A stretch of DNA of 39,949 nt. Source: a virus. Its lineage: Duplodnaviria > Caudoviricetes. The stretch lies in IMG/VR virus record IMGVR_UViG_3300044983_000114, positions 1 to 39,949 of that record; one strand, given 5' to 3'. A program made the translations under genes and the position numbers. Every line of letters starts with the position of its first letter. Within the stretch, counting starts at the first letter, position 1. The notes under the pieces are model-generated. The model made no database searches. It was given only the letters and a program-made list of their open reading frames with translations, and was not told the DNA's origin. Shown in pieces: positions 26,094 through 35,698 of the stretch.

Positions 26094-28205
26094 CTAGATG
26101 ATCGTGGCGCCCGTCCACTTCGCGAACGACTCGCCGTGACGGAGCACGATGTCAGCCATCTGGAACGACGTGACCTCGATCAACCCCCGTTTCTTCTGAG
26201 CGTAGGGATCGACAATGAGCTCCATCGACTGGAACAGCCCCACGATCAGGTCGCTCCAGTTTCCGAACACCGCGCCGCTCTCGGCTCCACCCGTCTTGGC
26301 ACTCCCCGTCATCACCTTCGACATCTGGTTCGACGCGAACGAGCGATAGCCGCCGACCGTCCCCTCGAGGAGCGTTCCCTGCCACAGCGTCGAGCTCGAC
26401 GGCGCCACGCCGGAAATCTCCAGCGTGGTCCGCATCTTCCCGGCCAGCGCCGGGGTCGTGACCCAGCCGAGATTTCCCATCAACGCGTTGTCCTCGGCGA
26501 TCAGGACCGTCGTCTGAACCACATCGTCCAGATCCGGGACACCCCCGACCGGCCGCACGTTCACGTCCGGCGCGAGATAGATCCCCTGCGGCTCACCGTT
26601 CGCACCGAGCCCGTAGATGGCCGACTCGTCCAGCTTGAGCGCATGAGCCAGCGAGAACTCCTCGCGAATCATCGATTCGATGTCGAGCGATGACTGCACG
26701 AGCAGCTGGCGCGAGTACGCCGTGGTCGCCTGCAACGTCTTGGGGACCATGTTCACGAGTCCGAACGCCACGTCCGAAGCCGTCACATCCACCGCCGGAT
26801 TCTCTCCGACCCAGAACACGCTCAGGCCGCCCGTCTGCTTCACGAACGACACCGGACCGCTGAGCCCGCCCATGAACCGCGCGCCCAGCCGGCCGAGCAC
26901 CGCCTGAACCCGCAGGAGCTCGATCATCTCGCCCGGACGTTCGAACACGGTTTCCGTGCCCTTCGTCGCGGTCTTGGAGTCGAGCGTCCGGCGCTCCCAG
27001 TCCTGCCACCGCTCATCGTCCGTTCGCAGATCCATCGGGACGAGCACGCCGCCCTTGTACGCCAGCCCCGATGCGGCCCGGTCACGCATCAGTTGCTTGT
27101 GGACCTCGGCTTCGATGCCGTCGAACTTCTCGCGCGCGAAGTCCTCCGCGCCCTCGCCGTCCGGCCGCTCACGCGCCGCCACACCGGCGCCCAGGCGGAT
27201 CGCTCGCTGATACGAGAACCGGCGCCGCGACTTCTCGTCCATCCGGTTGCCGATGTTCTCGGCCGCCGGCTGTGCAGCCGCCTTGGTCTTACGCTCGTCC
27301 AGAATCATGCGCGCGACCTGATCGGCCGTCTTGCCTTCCTCGATCCACGCCGCGGCGCGATCCGCCAGGCCGTTGTTCTGCGCCATGCGAAGAATCTCGC
27401 CGGCTTCCTTGCTGCGATTCGCGATATCCACGACAGCCGTGGCCCGCGCTGCCTGCTCCCGCTGTGACGCCGCCGCCGCCTCGGCCGCACGAGCATCCGC
27501 CGCCGCCTTCGCGTCGGCCTCCGCCTTGGCCCTGATTTCTTCTTCGGTCATGTTCCGAGCCTCCTGATTGCCGGCCGCCCCGGCGTCCTCCGCCGGAGCC
27601 ACCGCCCCGGTCGAGCTGCGTCCAACTCCCACGGTCACATCTGCTGGAATGGCGACGAGCGACACCTCCGCCGGCTCCCAGAGCGTGATTCGATAAACGT
27701 CAATCGTCAGCGGACGACCCTTCTCGTCCTTGCCGACGACCCGCTGCGTCACTTCCCAATCGCGAATGAAGTAGCCGACGGACGTGTTCAGCCGAATGTC
27801 GTCCTCGACGTCGTTCTGTACCTCCGCCGCCCGCGCGCTGCGCGAGAAGCGTGCGTCGGCGCGCAACACCCCGGCCTCAACCCGCTGCGAGCCCGGCTCG
27901 AGCACGCCCACCACGTCGCGCGGGCTGTGGTCCATCAGCAGATTCGCGCCGTTGTCCAGGCGCGTGAAGTCGATCTCGCCCTTGCCGTGACCGAGGATCT
28001 CGATCCCGTACCACCGCTCCACTTCCGTCTCGGACGAGATGGCGATTTCGAACAGCTTGCGGCCCGCGCTGTCGACACGGGCCGCGCGCTCGCGCTCCTC
28101 CGGCTTTACCGCGCGCGGCCGGCCCAGCGCCGGGAACTCCGCGAATCGCATGTCACCCAGCGTCTCCCCGGCGCGCAGCGGGAACGGCTTCTTATCCCCG
28201 GCCAT
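26094..28205 (-). CDS. HK97-type prohead protease fused to major capsid protein
   Basis: SSETEVERW.G.EILGH, LL.DH, SVGY, WEP.EVS.V.IPAD..VGVGRS (U35 protease), then a scaffold-like linker and capsid motifs WVGE, FGNWSDL.VG, VDPY, D...RH.ESF. ATG at 28205. Confidence 0.92.
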   Translation of the reverse strand: MAGDKKPFPLRAGETLGDMRFAEFPALGRPRAVKPEERERAARVDSAGRKLFEIAISSETEVERWYGIEILGHGKGEIDFTRLDNGANLLMDHSPRDVVGVLEPGSQRVEAGVLRADARFSRSARAAEVQNDVEDDIRLNTSVGYFIRDWEVTQRVVGKDEKGRPLTIDVYRITLWEPAEVSLVAIPADVTVGVGRSSTGAVAPAEDAGAAGNQEARNMTEEEIRAKAEADAKAAADARAAEAAAASQREQAARATAVVDIANRSKEAGEILRMAQNNGLADRAAAWIEEGKTADQVARMILDERKTKAAAQPAAENIGNRMDEKSRRRFSYQRAIRLGAGVAARERPDGEGAEDFAREKFDGIEAEVHKQLMRDRAASGLAYKGGVLVPMDLRTDDERWQDWERRTLDSKTATKGTETVFERPGEMIELLRVQAVLGRLGARFMGGLSGPVSFVKQTGGLSVFWVGENPAVDVTASDVAFGLVNMVPKTLQATTAYSRQLLVQSSLDIESMIREEFSLAHALKLDESAIYGLGANGEPQGIYLAPDVNVRPVGGVPDLDDVVQTTVLIAEDNALMGNLGWVTTPALAGKMRTTLEISGVAPSSSTLWQGTLLEGTVGGYRSFASNQMSKVMTGSAKTGGAESGAVFGNWSDLIVGLFQSMELIVDPYAQKKRGLIEVTSFQMADIVLRHGESFAKWTGATII

Positions 28206-29850
28206 TGATCCCCCGATCCCGGAACGCCGCGACGAGCTCCGCTCGGGACTTGCCGGCCGTCGTCTTGCCGTTCCCGTTTCCGTTGCCCTTGGCGGCGTCC
28301 TTGCCCTTGCCCTTGCCGGTGTCAGCCTCACCGTCAGCGTTGTCAGCTGCGTTCGGATCGGTGACGGTTTCCTTCTTCGGACCCGAGATGTCGACGCCGA
28401 GCTCCTCGGCCAGCGCCGTCTCCTCGGCGAGCGCCTCCATCACGGTTTCGAAGTCCTCGCCTTCCTCGGCAAGGAACGCCGTGCGCGAGCCGAGCCCGGT
28501 TTGAATCGCCAGCGCCGCCGCCTGGACGTCCTTCAACGGATCGACCCACGGCCAGCCGCGCGCCGTCCACTTGGCCGCGTAGAACTTGGTTGCGTCGCGC
28601 GAGTCCAGCTTGAGCGCGCCGGTGAGCAGCGCCGCGTTCATCCATTCTCGATACACGCGCTTCCTGAACGCGCGGATCCACCACGCCTGCAGACAGCGCC
28701 ACATCTCGCGCTCGATCAGGAGCCCGGAGCGCATGGAGGAGTAGTTGACGTTTTCGAGGTCGTTCGCGAAGGCGTTGTAGGACATCGACACGCCGGTTGC
28801 GACCTGGCGCAGCATCCCCTTCACGAAATCGGCGAACGCGCTGGTCGGATGGTCCGGGCTCCACGACGAGAACTCGTAGCCATCCGGCGCGAACTCGAAC
28901 GTGCCGGGATTGGCGTCCATCGTGTAGGTGTTGGTCACCGGGTCCGGGACAATCTCGCCGGCCGTCGGATTCGCCTTGCGCGTGAACCAGCCCATCTTGG
29001 ACGCCGCGGTACGCGCCGCGACGAGCTCCGCCTCGGTGTAGCCGTCCAGCATCTTGAGCGCGACCATCACCGCGACGAACCATGTGAACCCGCGCGTCTG
29101 GTTCACGCGCTCGATGTCCACGAGATGAATGATGTCCTCCGCCGGGATCTTCACGCGTTCCCGCGGCAGCATGTTCATCTTCGATGGCTTGTCGTAGGGA
29201 TGGTAAAACGCCGGGCGGCCGTACTGATCGACCTCGATACCCATTCGTATCTCGCCGGCGCCGGCGCGGGGCTCGTCGTTGAACGTCTCGTCGAACTGGT
29301 CCGGGTCGATGGACTCCAGCGCCAGACCGTAACGATTCACTTCCACGCCGCGCCGGATCCTGATGAACTGCTCGCCGTCACGCGCCGTGCTCTTGATCAG
29401 CAACCGCTCCAGCTCCGCCATCGACTGCCGGCCGTCCAGCGTCGGCGCGTCGCAGAAATCCGCCCACGCTTCCTCGATGGTTGTATTGATTCGCCGGCTG
29501 AGCTTGCCATCGTTGTCCCGCACGCGCGCCTGCAGACGTGGACCGTCGGGCCCGATCACGTTCACCGCCAGCCCGTTCAGATAGCCGCGCGCCCACGGAT
29601 TGTTTCGCTGCAGCTCCCGAGCTCGAGCACGCAACCGGCGCACGTTCCACCGCAGCTCGTCGTCGGGATGGAGCAGCGTCGCCGCCCAATCCGCCACGAT
29701 GCGATTGACCTCGGCGCCCTTGAACGTGTCCCGCTTGCCCTTGAACGCGAGCCATGCTCGCCGGGCATTCTCCGGCAACAGCTCGAGTGCTGCAGCTTCA
29801 ATCCGTCCGCTGAGTGAAGGCGCCGCACTTCCCGCGAGTGCCAGGCTCAT
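28192..29850 (-). CDS. Lambda-family portal protein
   Basis: LRARAREL.RNNP, GIEVD.YGRP..Y, R.NQ.RG, D...VNYSS.R, GWPWVDPLKD. Confidence 0.95.
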   Translation of the reverse strand: MSLALAGSAAPSLSGRIEAAALELLPENARRAWLAFKGKRDTFKGAEVNRIVADWAATLLHPDDELRWNVRRLRARARELQRNNPWARGYLNGLAVNVIGPDGPRLQARVRDNDGKLSRRINTTIEEAWADFCDAPTLDGRQSMAELERLLIKSTARDGEQFIRIRRGVEVNRYGLALESIDPDQFDETFNDEPRAGAGEIRMGIEVDQYGRPAFYHPYDKPSKMNMLPRERVKIPAEDIIHLVDIERVNQTRGFTWFVAVMVALKMLDGYTEAELVAARTAASKMGWFTRKANPTAGEIVPDPVTNTYTMDANPGTFEFAPDGYEFSSWSPDHPTSAFADFVKGMLRQVATGVSMSYNAFANDLENVNYSSMRSGLLIEREMWRCLQAWWIRAFRKRVYREWMNAALLTGALKLDSRDATKFYAAKWTARGWPWVDPLKDVQAAALAIQTGLGSRTAFLAEEGEDFETVMEALAEETALAEELGVDISGPKKETVTDPNAADNADGEADTGKGKGKDAAKGNGNGNGKTTAGKSRAELVAAFRDRGINGRG

Positions 29851-29852
29851 CC

Positions 29853-30455
29853 CTAGACCGCGCCCCTGAACCACGGCCACGGTCCCATCGATTCACTCCA
29901 CAGCCCCGGAAACCGGACCTGCACCTGCGCGAATTGCCCGCCGTTGCGCTCGGCGAGCACCGCGCGATACAGCGATGCGCGCAGGTTGAGGATCTCGCTG
30001 TTCGGCATCAGTTCGACGGTGCGGGTATCGATGCCATAGCGCTCGGGCGGGTCGACCGGCGTGACGCCGAGGCCGGCGCCCCAGCGCCGCTTGATGATCG
30101 CCTCCACGCACGCCAGCATCTGTTCGTTGAACGTCTGGAACGAGCCGGGGACCGCGGCGCCAATGTCCTGCAGCACCGCGAGGGTGCCCGAGCCGGCGAC
30201 GTAGACCTCATCGCCAATCGATGCCCGCTCCTCCCAGCGGTAGTTTCCTGCGGTCAAACCCTGCGTATCGGTCGTCGGGAGCGTGAACAGGAACGAATCG
30301 CCATCAGGCACGCCGTCGGCGGCCAGCACTGCGGCGCCCGCCATCCGCAGCGACAGCGCCCAGCCAGCCGATGCCGGGAAGTCGCTGTACTGCCGGTGAA
30401 AACGAACTGTCGTGCCGGGAATGATGAACTCGGGAATCTCCGTCAGGTCATCCAT
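29853..30455 (-). CDS. Head completion protein, extended gpW-like
   Basis: N-terminal beta domain (L.AG.Y.W) plus ML..VEA.I...Y.I..R.....EI..LR; immediately upstream of the portal. Confidence 0.7.
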   Translation of the reverse strand: MDDLTEIPEFIIPGTTVRFHRQYSDFPASAGWALSLRMAGAAVLAADGVPDGDSFLFTLPTTDTQGLTAGNYRWEERASIGDEVYVAGSGTLAVLQDIGAAVPGSFQTFNEQMLACVEAIIKRRWGAGLGVTPVDPPERYGIDTRTVELMPNSEILNLRASLYRAVLAERNGGQFAQVQVRFPGLWSESMGPWPWFRGAV

Positions 30456-30490
30456 GACGTGAACGAGAACACCGTAACCCGCTGCCGTCC

Positions 30491-30518
30491 ATTGTATTTT
30501 GAGGTAAGATCGCGACAG
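30491..30518 (-). promoter_or_regulatory. Possible sigma70-type promoter for the head/tail operon
   Basis: CTGTCG-16 nt-TACAAT in an AT-rich patch between the terminator and the gpW-like gene. Confidence 0.3.
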
Positions 30519-30533
30519 CAGAAGCATCCCGAA

Positions 30534-30570
30534 CGAAAAGCGGCGCCCGCAGCTCCGAGCTGCGGGCGCC
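30534..30570 (-). terminator. Rho-independent terminator
   Basis: Perfect 13-bp stem GGCGCCCGCAGCT/AGCTGCGGGCGCC followed by GCTTTTCGTT on the minus strand. Confidence 0.75.
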
Positions 30571-30602
30571 AGTCAGGTCGATTCCGTTCGGCCCTTTTCT
30601 CC

Positions 30603-31943
30603 CTACACCGCCGACATCACGTACGCCTTCACGTCGTCGAGCCCCGGCCCCAGCGGTTCACTCAGCCGGTCCGGGTCCGCCGCCATGCACCAGTTCGAGC
30701 TGAACATCACCTGCGTCCCGTCGGGTGACTGGACGCCATGAGCCTCGCGGCGATAGGCCGAGTCGATGGTTCGGGTCACGCCCCAGCGCACGCACTCGCG
30801 CGAGCCGTCCAGCGGCCACGACACCATCTCGGATGCGTATTGCCCCTTCCGGCCCGTGTAGGTCGCAAGCACCCAGCCAGGAGGAGCGCACCCGCAATGC
30901 TGATCCTCCGCCTCGATCATCCCCGCCGGCAGATACGCGGAGCCCGCGGACACGTGGCGATGAACGCCTGATGCCAGATCAATCGTGACAATGCGGCCCT
31001 CGGACTTCACCTGCGCCGCATTACACAGATTGCTCACCGCCACGCCCCGGACTCCGCCGACGAGCACCTCGCGCCCGGCCTCCAGCGCCATGACGCTGTG
31101 TGACAGGCACGCGATCCAGCCTTCGACGTCATTCTGAGTCGGCCCCATTCGCAGCCCCATCGGGCTCATGCGCTGCGGCGTCACCGTCAGGTCGGGATGC
31201 ACCACGAACACGCGCGCGTACTCCGGCGTCGCGCGCGAGCTGTACTTCACGACCACATAGGTCCCGTGCTGCGACACCGACACCCAGTCGATGTCACCGC
31301 CGTCCTCGGTGTCATACGGCATTGGAATGAAATTGCGCGGTCCGACGCGCTTCCGCTCGAGGTCGACGATCTGCAGGTAGTCCACGCGCCCGGAGCTGCG
31401 CGGTGACGGGAAGTGCGTGCTCACCGCAACCCAGCGACCGTCGGCGGATACCTGGCTTTCGTGGATCAGCCCGTAGTCAGCGTCTTCGCTCGGGATGCGG
31501 ACCGCGTACTCGATCGCGCCGTTCGTCGCATCCCACACGACCATCATCTGCGAGGCTTTGATCCACGAGACGAGCTGCGTCGAATTCACTCCGCCGCGCC
31601 AGCGGGATTCGTAGGACGCGCGCAGGAGTCGCCCGGCTGGAGAGTCCGTCAGGGTTGTGGTCACCGGGCGCCACGTCGCAGCGTCGAGGATCAGCTGCGC
31701 CGGGGATCCACCGCGTTGCTCGAGCTTCACCAGCCGGCCGTCCGGGCTCCACGGCTGATCCTTGGAGTAGTGATGTCGCGAGTCGATGTTCCATCGACCG
31801 GTCATCACCGGCAGCCCCACGCCGTCACAGATGCGGACGGTCCTGGTCCCATACCGGGGTTCATTCACCGGCACGAGATACTCGGGCCTCGGCGCCGCCA
31901 GCGCCGGAATCACAAGACCTCGGCTTCCCATCACATCCGCCAC
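30603..31943 (-). CDS. TolB-like beta-propeller protein
   Basis: YSKDQPWSPDG, VSADGRWV, VSQHGTYV, SPDGTQVMFSSNW blade motifs. Confidence 0.7.
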   Translation of the reverse strand: MADVMGSRGLVIPALAAPRPEYLVPVNEPRYGTRTVRICDGVGLPVMTGRWNIDSRHHYSKDQPWSPDGRLVKLEQRGGSPAQLILDAATWRPVTTTLTDSPAGRLLRASYESRWRGGVNSTQLVSWIKASQMMVVWDATNGAIEYAVRIPSEDADYGLIHESQVSADGRWVAVSTHFPSPRSSGRVDYLQIVDLERKRVGPRNFIPMPYDTEDGGDIDWVSVSQHGTYVVVKYSSRATPEYARVFVVHPDLTVTPQRMSPMGLRMGPTQNDVEGWIACLSHSVMALEAGREVLVGGVRGVAVSNLCNAAQVKSEGRIVTIDLASGVHRHVSAGSAYLPAGMIEAEDQHCGCAPPGWVLATYTGRKGQYASEMVSWPLDGSRECVRWGVTRTIDSAYRREAHGVQSPDGTQVMFSSNWCMAADPDRLSEPLGPGLDDVKAYVMSAV

Positions 31944-31986
31944 CCCACACCGTCACAGCCCCCGTCACCCTGCCGCCCTCCCATCT

Positions 31987-32208
31987 TCACTCAGTCAGGC
32001 CGCCGTGTCCAACGTTGCCGCGGTCGCCAATCATCTCCACGCCGTCAAAGCGGTAGAACCCCGCAGGAGCCTCGACCCACGTGTCGCCCGCCCACGCGTA
32101 CGTCATCCCGGCCACCGGCCCGTCCTGCTCGATCTGCGGCGCCGTCAGCGACCGTCCACAGCCGGAGAGCGCCAGCGCCGCCAGCGCCGCCAGCGCGACC
32201 CGCGTCAC
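31987..32208 (-). CDS. Small lipoprotein
   Basis: Signal peptide with lipobox LSGC. Confidence 0.7.
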   Translation of the reverse strand: MTRVALAALAALALSGCGRSLTAPQIEQDGPVAGMTYAWAGDTWVEAPAGFYRFDGVEMIGDRGNVGHGGLTE

Positions 32209-32333
32209 TTCGCGACCGGCTTCCGCGCATTCTCGAGCCGGCGCGCGTCACGCGCTGCAATCATCTTCTGGATCATCACCGCCGTCGCAATCTCGTGCAG
32301 CTTCGTGTTCACTACCAGATCGGTGTGCGTCAT
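32205..32333 (-). CDS. 42-aa hypothetical protein
   Basis: ATG after GAGG; GTGA overlap with the lipoprotein gene. Confidence 0.45.
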   Translation of the reverse strand: MTHTDLVVNTKLHEIATAVMIQKMIAARDARRLENARKPVAK

Positions 32334-32385
32334 TGTCAGCCTCGTCGTTGTCGCCGTCGGCCAACCCGCCGGCACGTATCTGTAG

Positions 32386-32470
32386 AGCACTTCGCGTGCC
32401 GCGCGTATGTCGTTGATGCTGCTCGAGCGACCATCCCGTCACCGTGCGCGATGCCACGCTCCACCATGCA
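32386..32470 (-). promoter_or_regulatory. Duplicated intergenic cassette, copy 2, with sigma54-like -24/-12 motif
   Basis: Closely similar to 38915-39000; contains CGGCACG-N4-GTGCT. Confidence 0.55.
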
Positions 32471-32552
32471 GCTTGCCCGTCGCGCCCACGCACGGCTTTG
32501 GGGAATCGCTTCTTGTCGAGCGCGTGCGTGGATAGCAACGGGGCACTGTCAA

Positions 32553-32744
32553 TCATTCGGGCGGCCATGCAACCACGTTGACACTCTGCGCTTCATCGCT
32601 GATGCCTTCGGCCAAGAAATCGGCGTTCTCGCGAGCGCGGCTTCTGGCCCGGAACACGGCGACCCTGCCAGGCGGCGGGCCTTCCTTCACATACTCGGTT
32701 TCGCCCGTTTTCCAGATCACGAGAATCGCCCACTTACTCGTCAT
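32553..32744 (-). CDS. Hypothetical protein
   Basis: 63-aa ORF overlapping the upstream stop. Confidence 0.55.
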   Translation of the reverse strand: MTSKWAILVIWKTGETEYVKEGPPPGRVAVFRARSRARENADFLAEGISDEAQSVNVVAWPPE

Positions 32745-33090
32745 CGCGGGCTTCCCGGATTATCCCGGCCCTGACGTGCCCTCCGGGCTGTTCGGTGCCC
32801 GGTCCGGTGCAGTACGACTCACGAAAGGCATCAGCTTCGTCCCACGTGGCGGCGCGGTAAATTCCGGCGTCGTGCCCGCAGCAGATCAATTCCACGATCC
32901 AATCGCTTCGACGTTCCGGCGGCGCGGCTGGCGCTTTATGCTTCAACTCATCGACGTATGCCACCAGCCGCCCCCACACCTCGGGCTCGAGATAGACCCT
33001 GTCGGTTGCGGTGATGCCGTTCTCGGCCGTGAGCCACAGTCCATAGCCGTCGAAATCGACGTAAGCCCCGTCGCCGAGATACTGCTTCAT
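32734..33090 (-). CDS. Conserved phage hypothetical protein
   Basis: YLGDG.YV.FDG..LWL..ENG....VYLEPEV motif; ATGA overlap. Confidence 0.7.
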   Translation of the reverse strand: MKQYLGDGAYVDFDGYGLWLTAENGITATDRVYLEPEVWGRLVAYVDELKHKAPAAPPERRSDWIVELICCGHDAGIYRAATWDEADAFRESYCTGPGTEQPGGHVRAGIIREARDDE

Positions 33091-33503
33091 TTCTCGTGCG
33101 CCGGCAGTGCAAGCTGGCCCGATTGGAGCGCCTTCAGGTGTGGAACGGCCCACTGGCCCATCGTCACGCCATTCGGCAGCACGACGTCGGCGAGGAACTC
33201 GCGCTCAAACGAGCTGATGCCCGACTGCACGGCCTCGAGCTTCGCTTTGATGATCAGCAGGAGGCACCGCCAACGCCGGCGTTCCTCGGCGCGGCGCCGG
33301 GCCTCGCTGCGGATCTTCGCCGGATCAGCCATCGGCAGGTGGATCATCACGGCCGTGTCGTGGACGCGGAACGCGACGTGGGCGCCGGCGTTCGATTCCC
33401 AGCCGCTCTGGAACTGCGAGCACCCGTAACCCGCGAGCACGCGCTCGATCTCCGAGCGGCTGCGCTCGACCGGGACAGACGTGCGAGCGGCGTAGCGTGT
33501 CAC
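33087..33503 (-). CDS. Conserved phage hypothetical protein
   Basis: YA..TSVPVERS..EIE..L..YG...WR.L.L.IKAKLEAV.SGI..FE.EFL...LP.G.T. Confidence 0.8.
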   Translation of the reverse strand: MTRYAARTSVPVERSRSEIERVLAGYGCSQFQSGWESNAGAHVAFRVHDTAVMIHLPMADPAKIRSEARRRAEERRRWRCLLLIIKAKLEAVQSGISSFEREFLADVVLPNGVTMGQWAVPHLKALQSGQLALPAHEK

Positions 33504-34966
33504 TTTTTCTTACCCTTCGGTTTTGCTGACGTCTGCACGGCGGCGTGCTGCTTCTCGATCGCGGCGACGTCGACGCCCAGTGCCCGCGCGATTTCAGGCA
33601 GCTCGCGCGGCCCGGCCCAGCCGTCGTTGTGTGTATCGAGGATGACGATCGTCGCGCAAAATCGCACGAGATCCTCCGCTGTCTTTCCGATCGGCTGCAT
33701 CTTTTCGTACTTGGCGATCGCGCCGCCGCGCGCGGCGCGATCGAGCAACCCGCCGACGATCAGCCTGCCCAGCGGCGTGTTGCCATGCGTGGCTGCCGTC
33801 TGAACCTTTTCCGAGATTGCGCGCAGCAGCGGACCCTGGATCCGCTTGTACTTCTCGATCTCTCGCTGGCGCTTCTCCTGCTCGATGCGGTTGCGCTTCT
33901 CCCAGCTGTCCTCCTTCGGCTTCGCCTTCGTCGCCGGCGCCGCCTCGGCCGCCTTCGCGCGCTCGGCCTTCTCGCGGATCTCCTTGCCCCAGTGAGTGCG
34001 GCACTTCTCGCGCGCGATGCATACCTGGAGCGATTCGCCCCGACGTGGCCCCACGACCACCACGCCGGTGATCGAGTGCTCGCACTTCTTCGAGCGGTGC
34101 TCGCCGTCCGCGCGCTTCCATGACCGTGGCCCGAAGGTGCGCGCCTGGGGGTCGCGGGCTTCCGGCTGCACGTAGTGCTCGTGGGTGATCATGATCACCT
34201 TGCGGTCCTGCGACTCGGCGGCCTTGAGGTCGAGATAGGCGTGTGGGAACAGCATCGGATCGACCGCGGCCGCCTTCGCTTCGAAGCGGACGTTGTCGTC
34301 GATCCACGCCTGCAGCTCGCGAACGCTGCGCGCCTTCATGCCGGCGTAATGGTCCTTCTCGGGCAGGTTCGGGTCGTAGGGGTCCCACAGCTCGTTCTCG
34401 TGCTGGAACAGTGCCGTCGTGTCGTTCGTGTCGATCGCCCGGTTCTGATCGGCCGGCTTGAGCCGCGCCAGCAGGATGGCGTGGCCGGCGGTGATTCGGC
34501 CCGCGACGAGCAGCTCCTGCGCGACGGGCACCATCTGTGTCAGCTTCACGCGGTCGTACACGTATTTGAGCGACATCCCGATCCGCTCGGCGATCCTCTC
34601 GGCGGTATAGCCGTGTTGGGTCATCAACACGGCGTAGCCCTGAGCTTCCTCGAGCGGGGAGAGGTTCGCGCGCTGCAGGTTCTCGAGGATCATCAACTCC
34701 ATCACCGCCTGGTCGTCGACGTCGCGGATCACCACCGGCAGTTCGGTGAGCTCGGCGCGCTTCGCGGCGCGGTACCGGCGGGCGCCGCCGATGATCTCGT
34801 ACCCGTGACCGTTCTTGCGCACCAGGAGCGGCACGATCACGCCGTTCTGGCGCACGCTCGCCTCGAGCTCCGCGAGCGCGGGTTCATCGAAATCCTTGCG
34901 CGGGTTGAGCGGGTGCTCCTTGAGCTTGCCGATCGGCAGCATCTGGAACTGGGCAGCCTGTTGCAC
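33500..34966 (-). CDS. parB: ParB/Spo0J-family protein
   Basis: NPRK.FD...L.EL..SV...GVI.PLLVR, GARRYRAA, ENLQR..LSPLEEA, then an HTH. GTG start after AAGGAG. Confidence 0.9.
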   Translation of the reverse strand: MQQAAQFQMLPIGKLKEHPLNPRKDFDEPALAELEASVRQNGVIVPLLVRKNGHGYEIIGGARRYRAAKRAELTELPVVIRDVDDQAVMELMILENLQRANLSPLEEAQGYAVLMTQHGYTAERIAERIGMSLKYVYDRVKLTQMVPVAQELLVAGRITAGHAILLARLKPADQNRAIDTNDTTALFQHENELWDPYDPNLPEKDHYAGMKARSVRELQAWIDDNVRFEAKAAAVDPMLFPHAYLDLKAAESQDRKVIMITHEHYVQPEARDPQARTFGPRSWKRADGEHRSKKCEHSITGVVVVGPRRGESLQVCIAREKCRTHWGKEIREKAERAKAAEAAPATKAKPKEDSWEKRNRIEQEKRQREIEKYKRIQGPLLRAISEKVQTAATHGNTPLGRLIVGGLLDRAARGGAIAKYEKMQPIGKTAEDLVRFCATIVILDTHNDGWAGPRELPEIARALGVDVAAIEKQHAAVQTSAKPKGKKK

Positions 34967-34977
34967 GGAGATCTCCT

Positions 34978-35469
34978 TCAGGCGATGGGGCGTTCGCGGC
35001 CGTGACGACGGAAGTATTGCGAGCAGTTCGTGCACCGCCCCCTGCGCGATGGCCGGGCCGCCCGTGAGCAGTTCGAGCATGTGACAATCGGGCGCGGCTT
35101 GATCAACTCCGGGTGCCGGCGTTTCCAGTGGCGATCGCCGGCGTACGTCTGCGGATTGCGCTGAAGGTACTGCCGGCCCTTCGCGGCCATGTCGCGGGCG
35201 TTGTCGCCGCGGGTACCGACGAACAGGTGTGCCGGATTCACGCAGAGCCGGACGTCGCAGTGGTGAAGCACGCACATCCCGTCAGGAACGTCGCCCTTCA
35301 CGATCTCGTAGGCGACTCGATGCGCGAGCGCGGTCTTGCGGGAACCGATGCCGGCGCGTCCGTAGCCCCCAGCTGCAGGCGAGCCCTTCCAGAGCCAGCA
35401 GCCATCACCGGATACGATGGTCACTCGCGCCCAGAACCACGCGAGCGCGCTGGCATCGAGGGCGGTCAC
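34978..35469 (-). CDS. HNH endonuclease (HNH_3 type)
   Basis: CWLW.G....GYG, AHRVAY, VLHHCD...CVNP.HL..GT..DN..DM..KGR. Confidence 0.9.
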   Translation of the reverse strand: MTALDASALAWFWARVTIVSGDGCWLWKGSPAAGGYGRAGIGSRKTALAHRVAYEIVKGDVPDGMCVLHHCDVRLCVNPAHLFVGTRGDNARDMAAKGRQYLQRNPQTYAGDRHWKRRHPELIKPRPIVTCSNCSRAARPSRRGRCTNCSQYFRRHGRERPIA

Positions 35470-35470
35470 G

Positions 35471-35698
35471 TCAGCGTCCCTCTGGTTTCACGAGCGCGGC
35501 ACAAGGCGCGTTCACGATGCTCTCTCCGCCGGCTGCGTCCTGACAGGACACGCACAGCGCGCTACGCATTCCTCCGCGCGTCCACGACCCTTGCGTCGGC
35601 GAGCCGCAGCCGGGACAATCGAACACGCGGGCTGATGCCGGCACGCCCCCACAGAGCATCACGCGTCGCCGCCCGCCGCCCGCTCTGCGCTCCGTCAT
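35471..35698 (-). CDS. Small zinc-finger protein
   Basis: CPGC...CVSC; ATGA overlap. Confidence 0.55.
   Translation of the reverse strand: MTERRAGGGRRRVMLCGGVPASARVFDCPGCGSPTQGSWTRGGMRSALCVSCQDAAGGESIVNAPCAALVKPEGR

Noticed and set aside
28039-29817. Long plus-strand ORFs (592 aa here; also 31413-32774, 4525-5475 and others)
   Set aside because: They are antisense shadows of well-supported minus-strand genes in high-GC DNA, with no recognisable motifs.
33500-34966. Complete ParABS partition system
   Set aside because: No ParA ATPase or clear parS palindrome in the window; orphan ParB-like genes are common in phages.
34978-35469. HNH as part of a self-splicing intron
   Set aside because: It is free-standing between intact genes, with no interrupted host gene or intron core visible.
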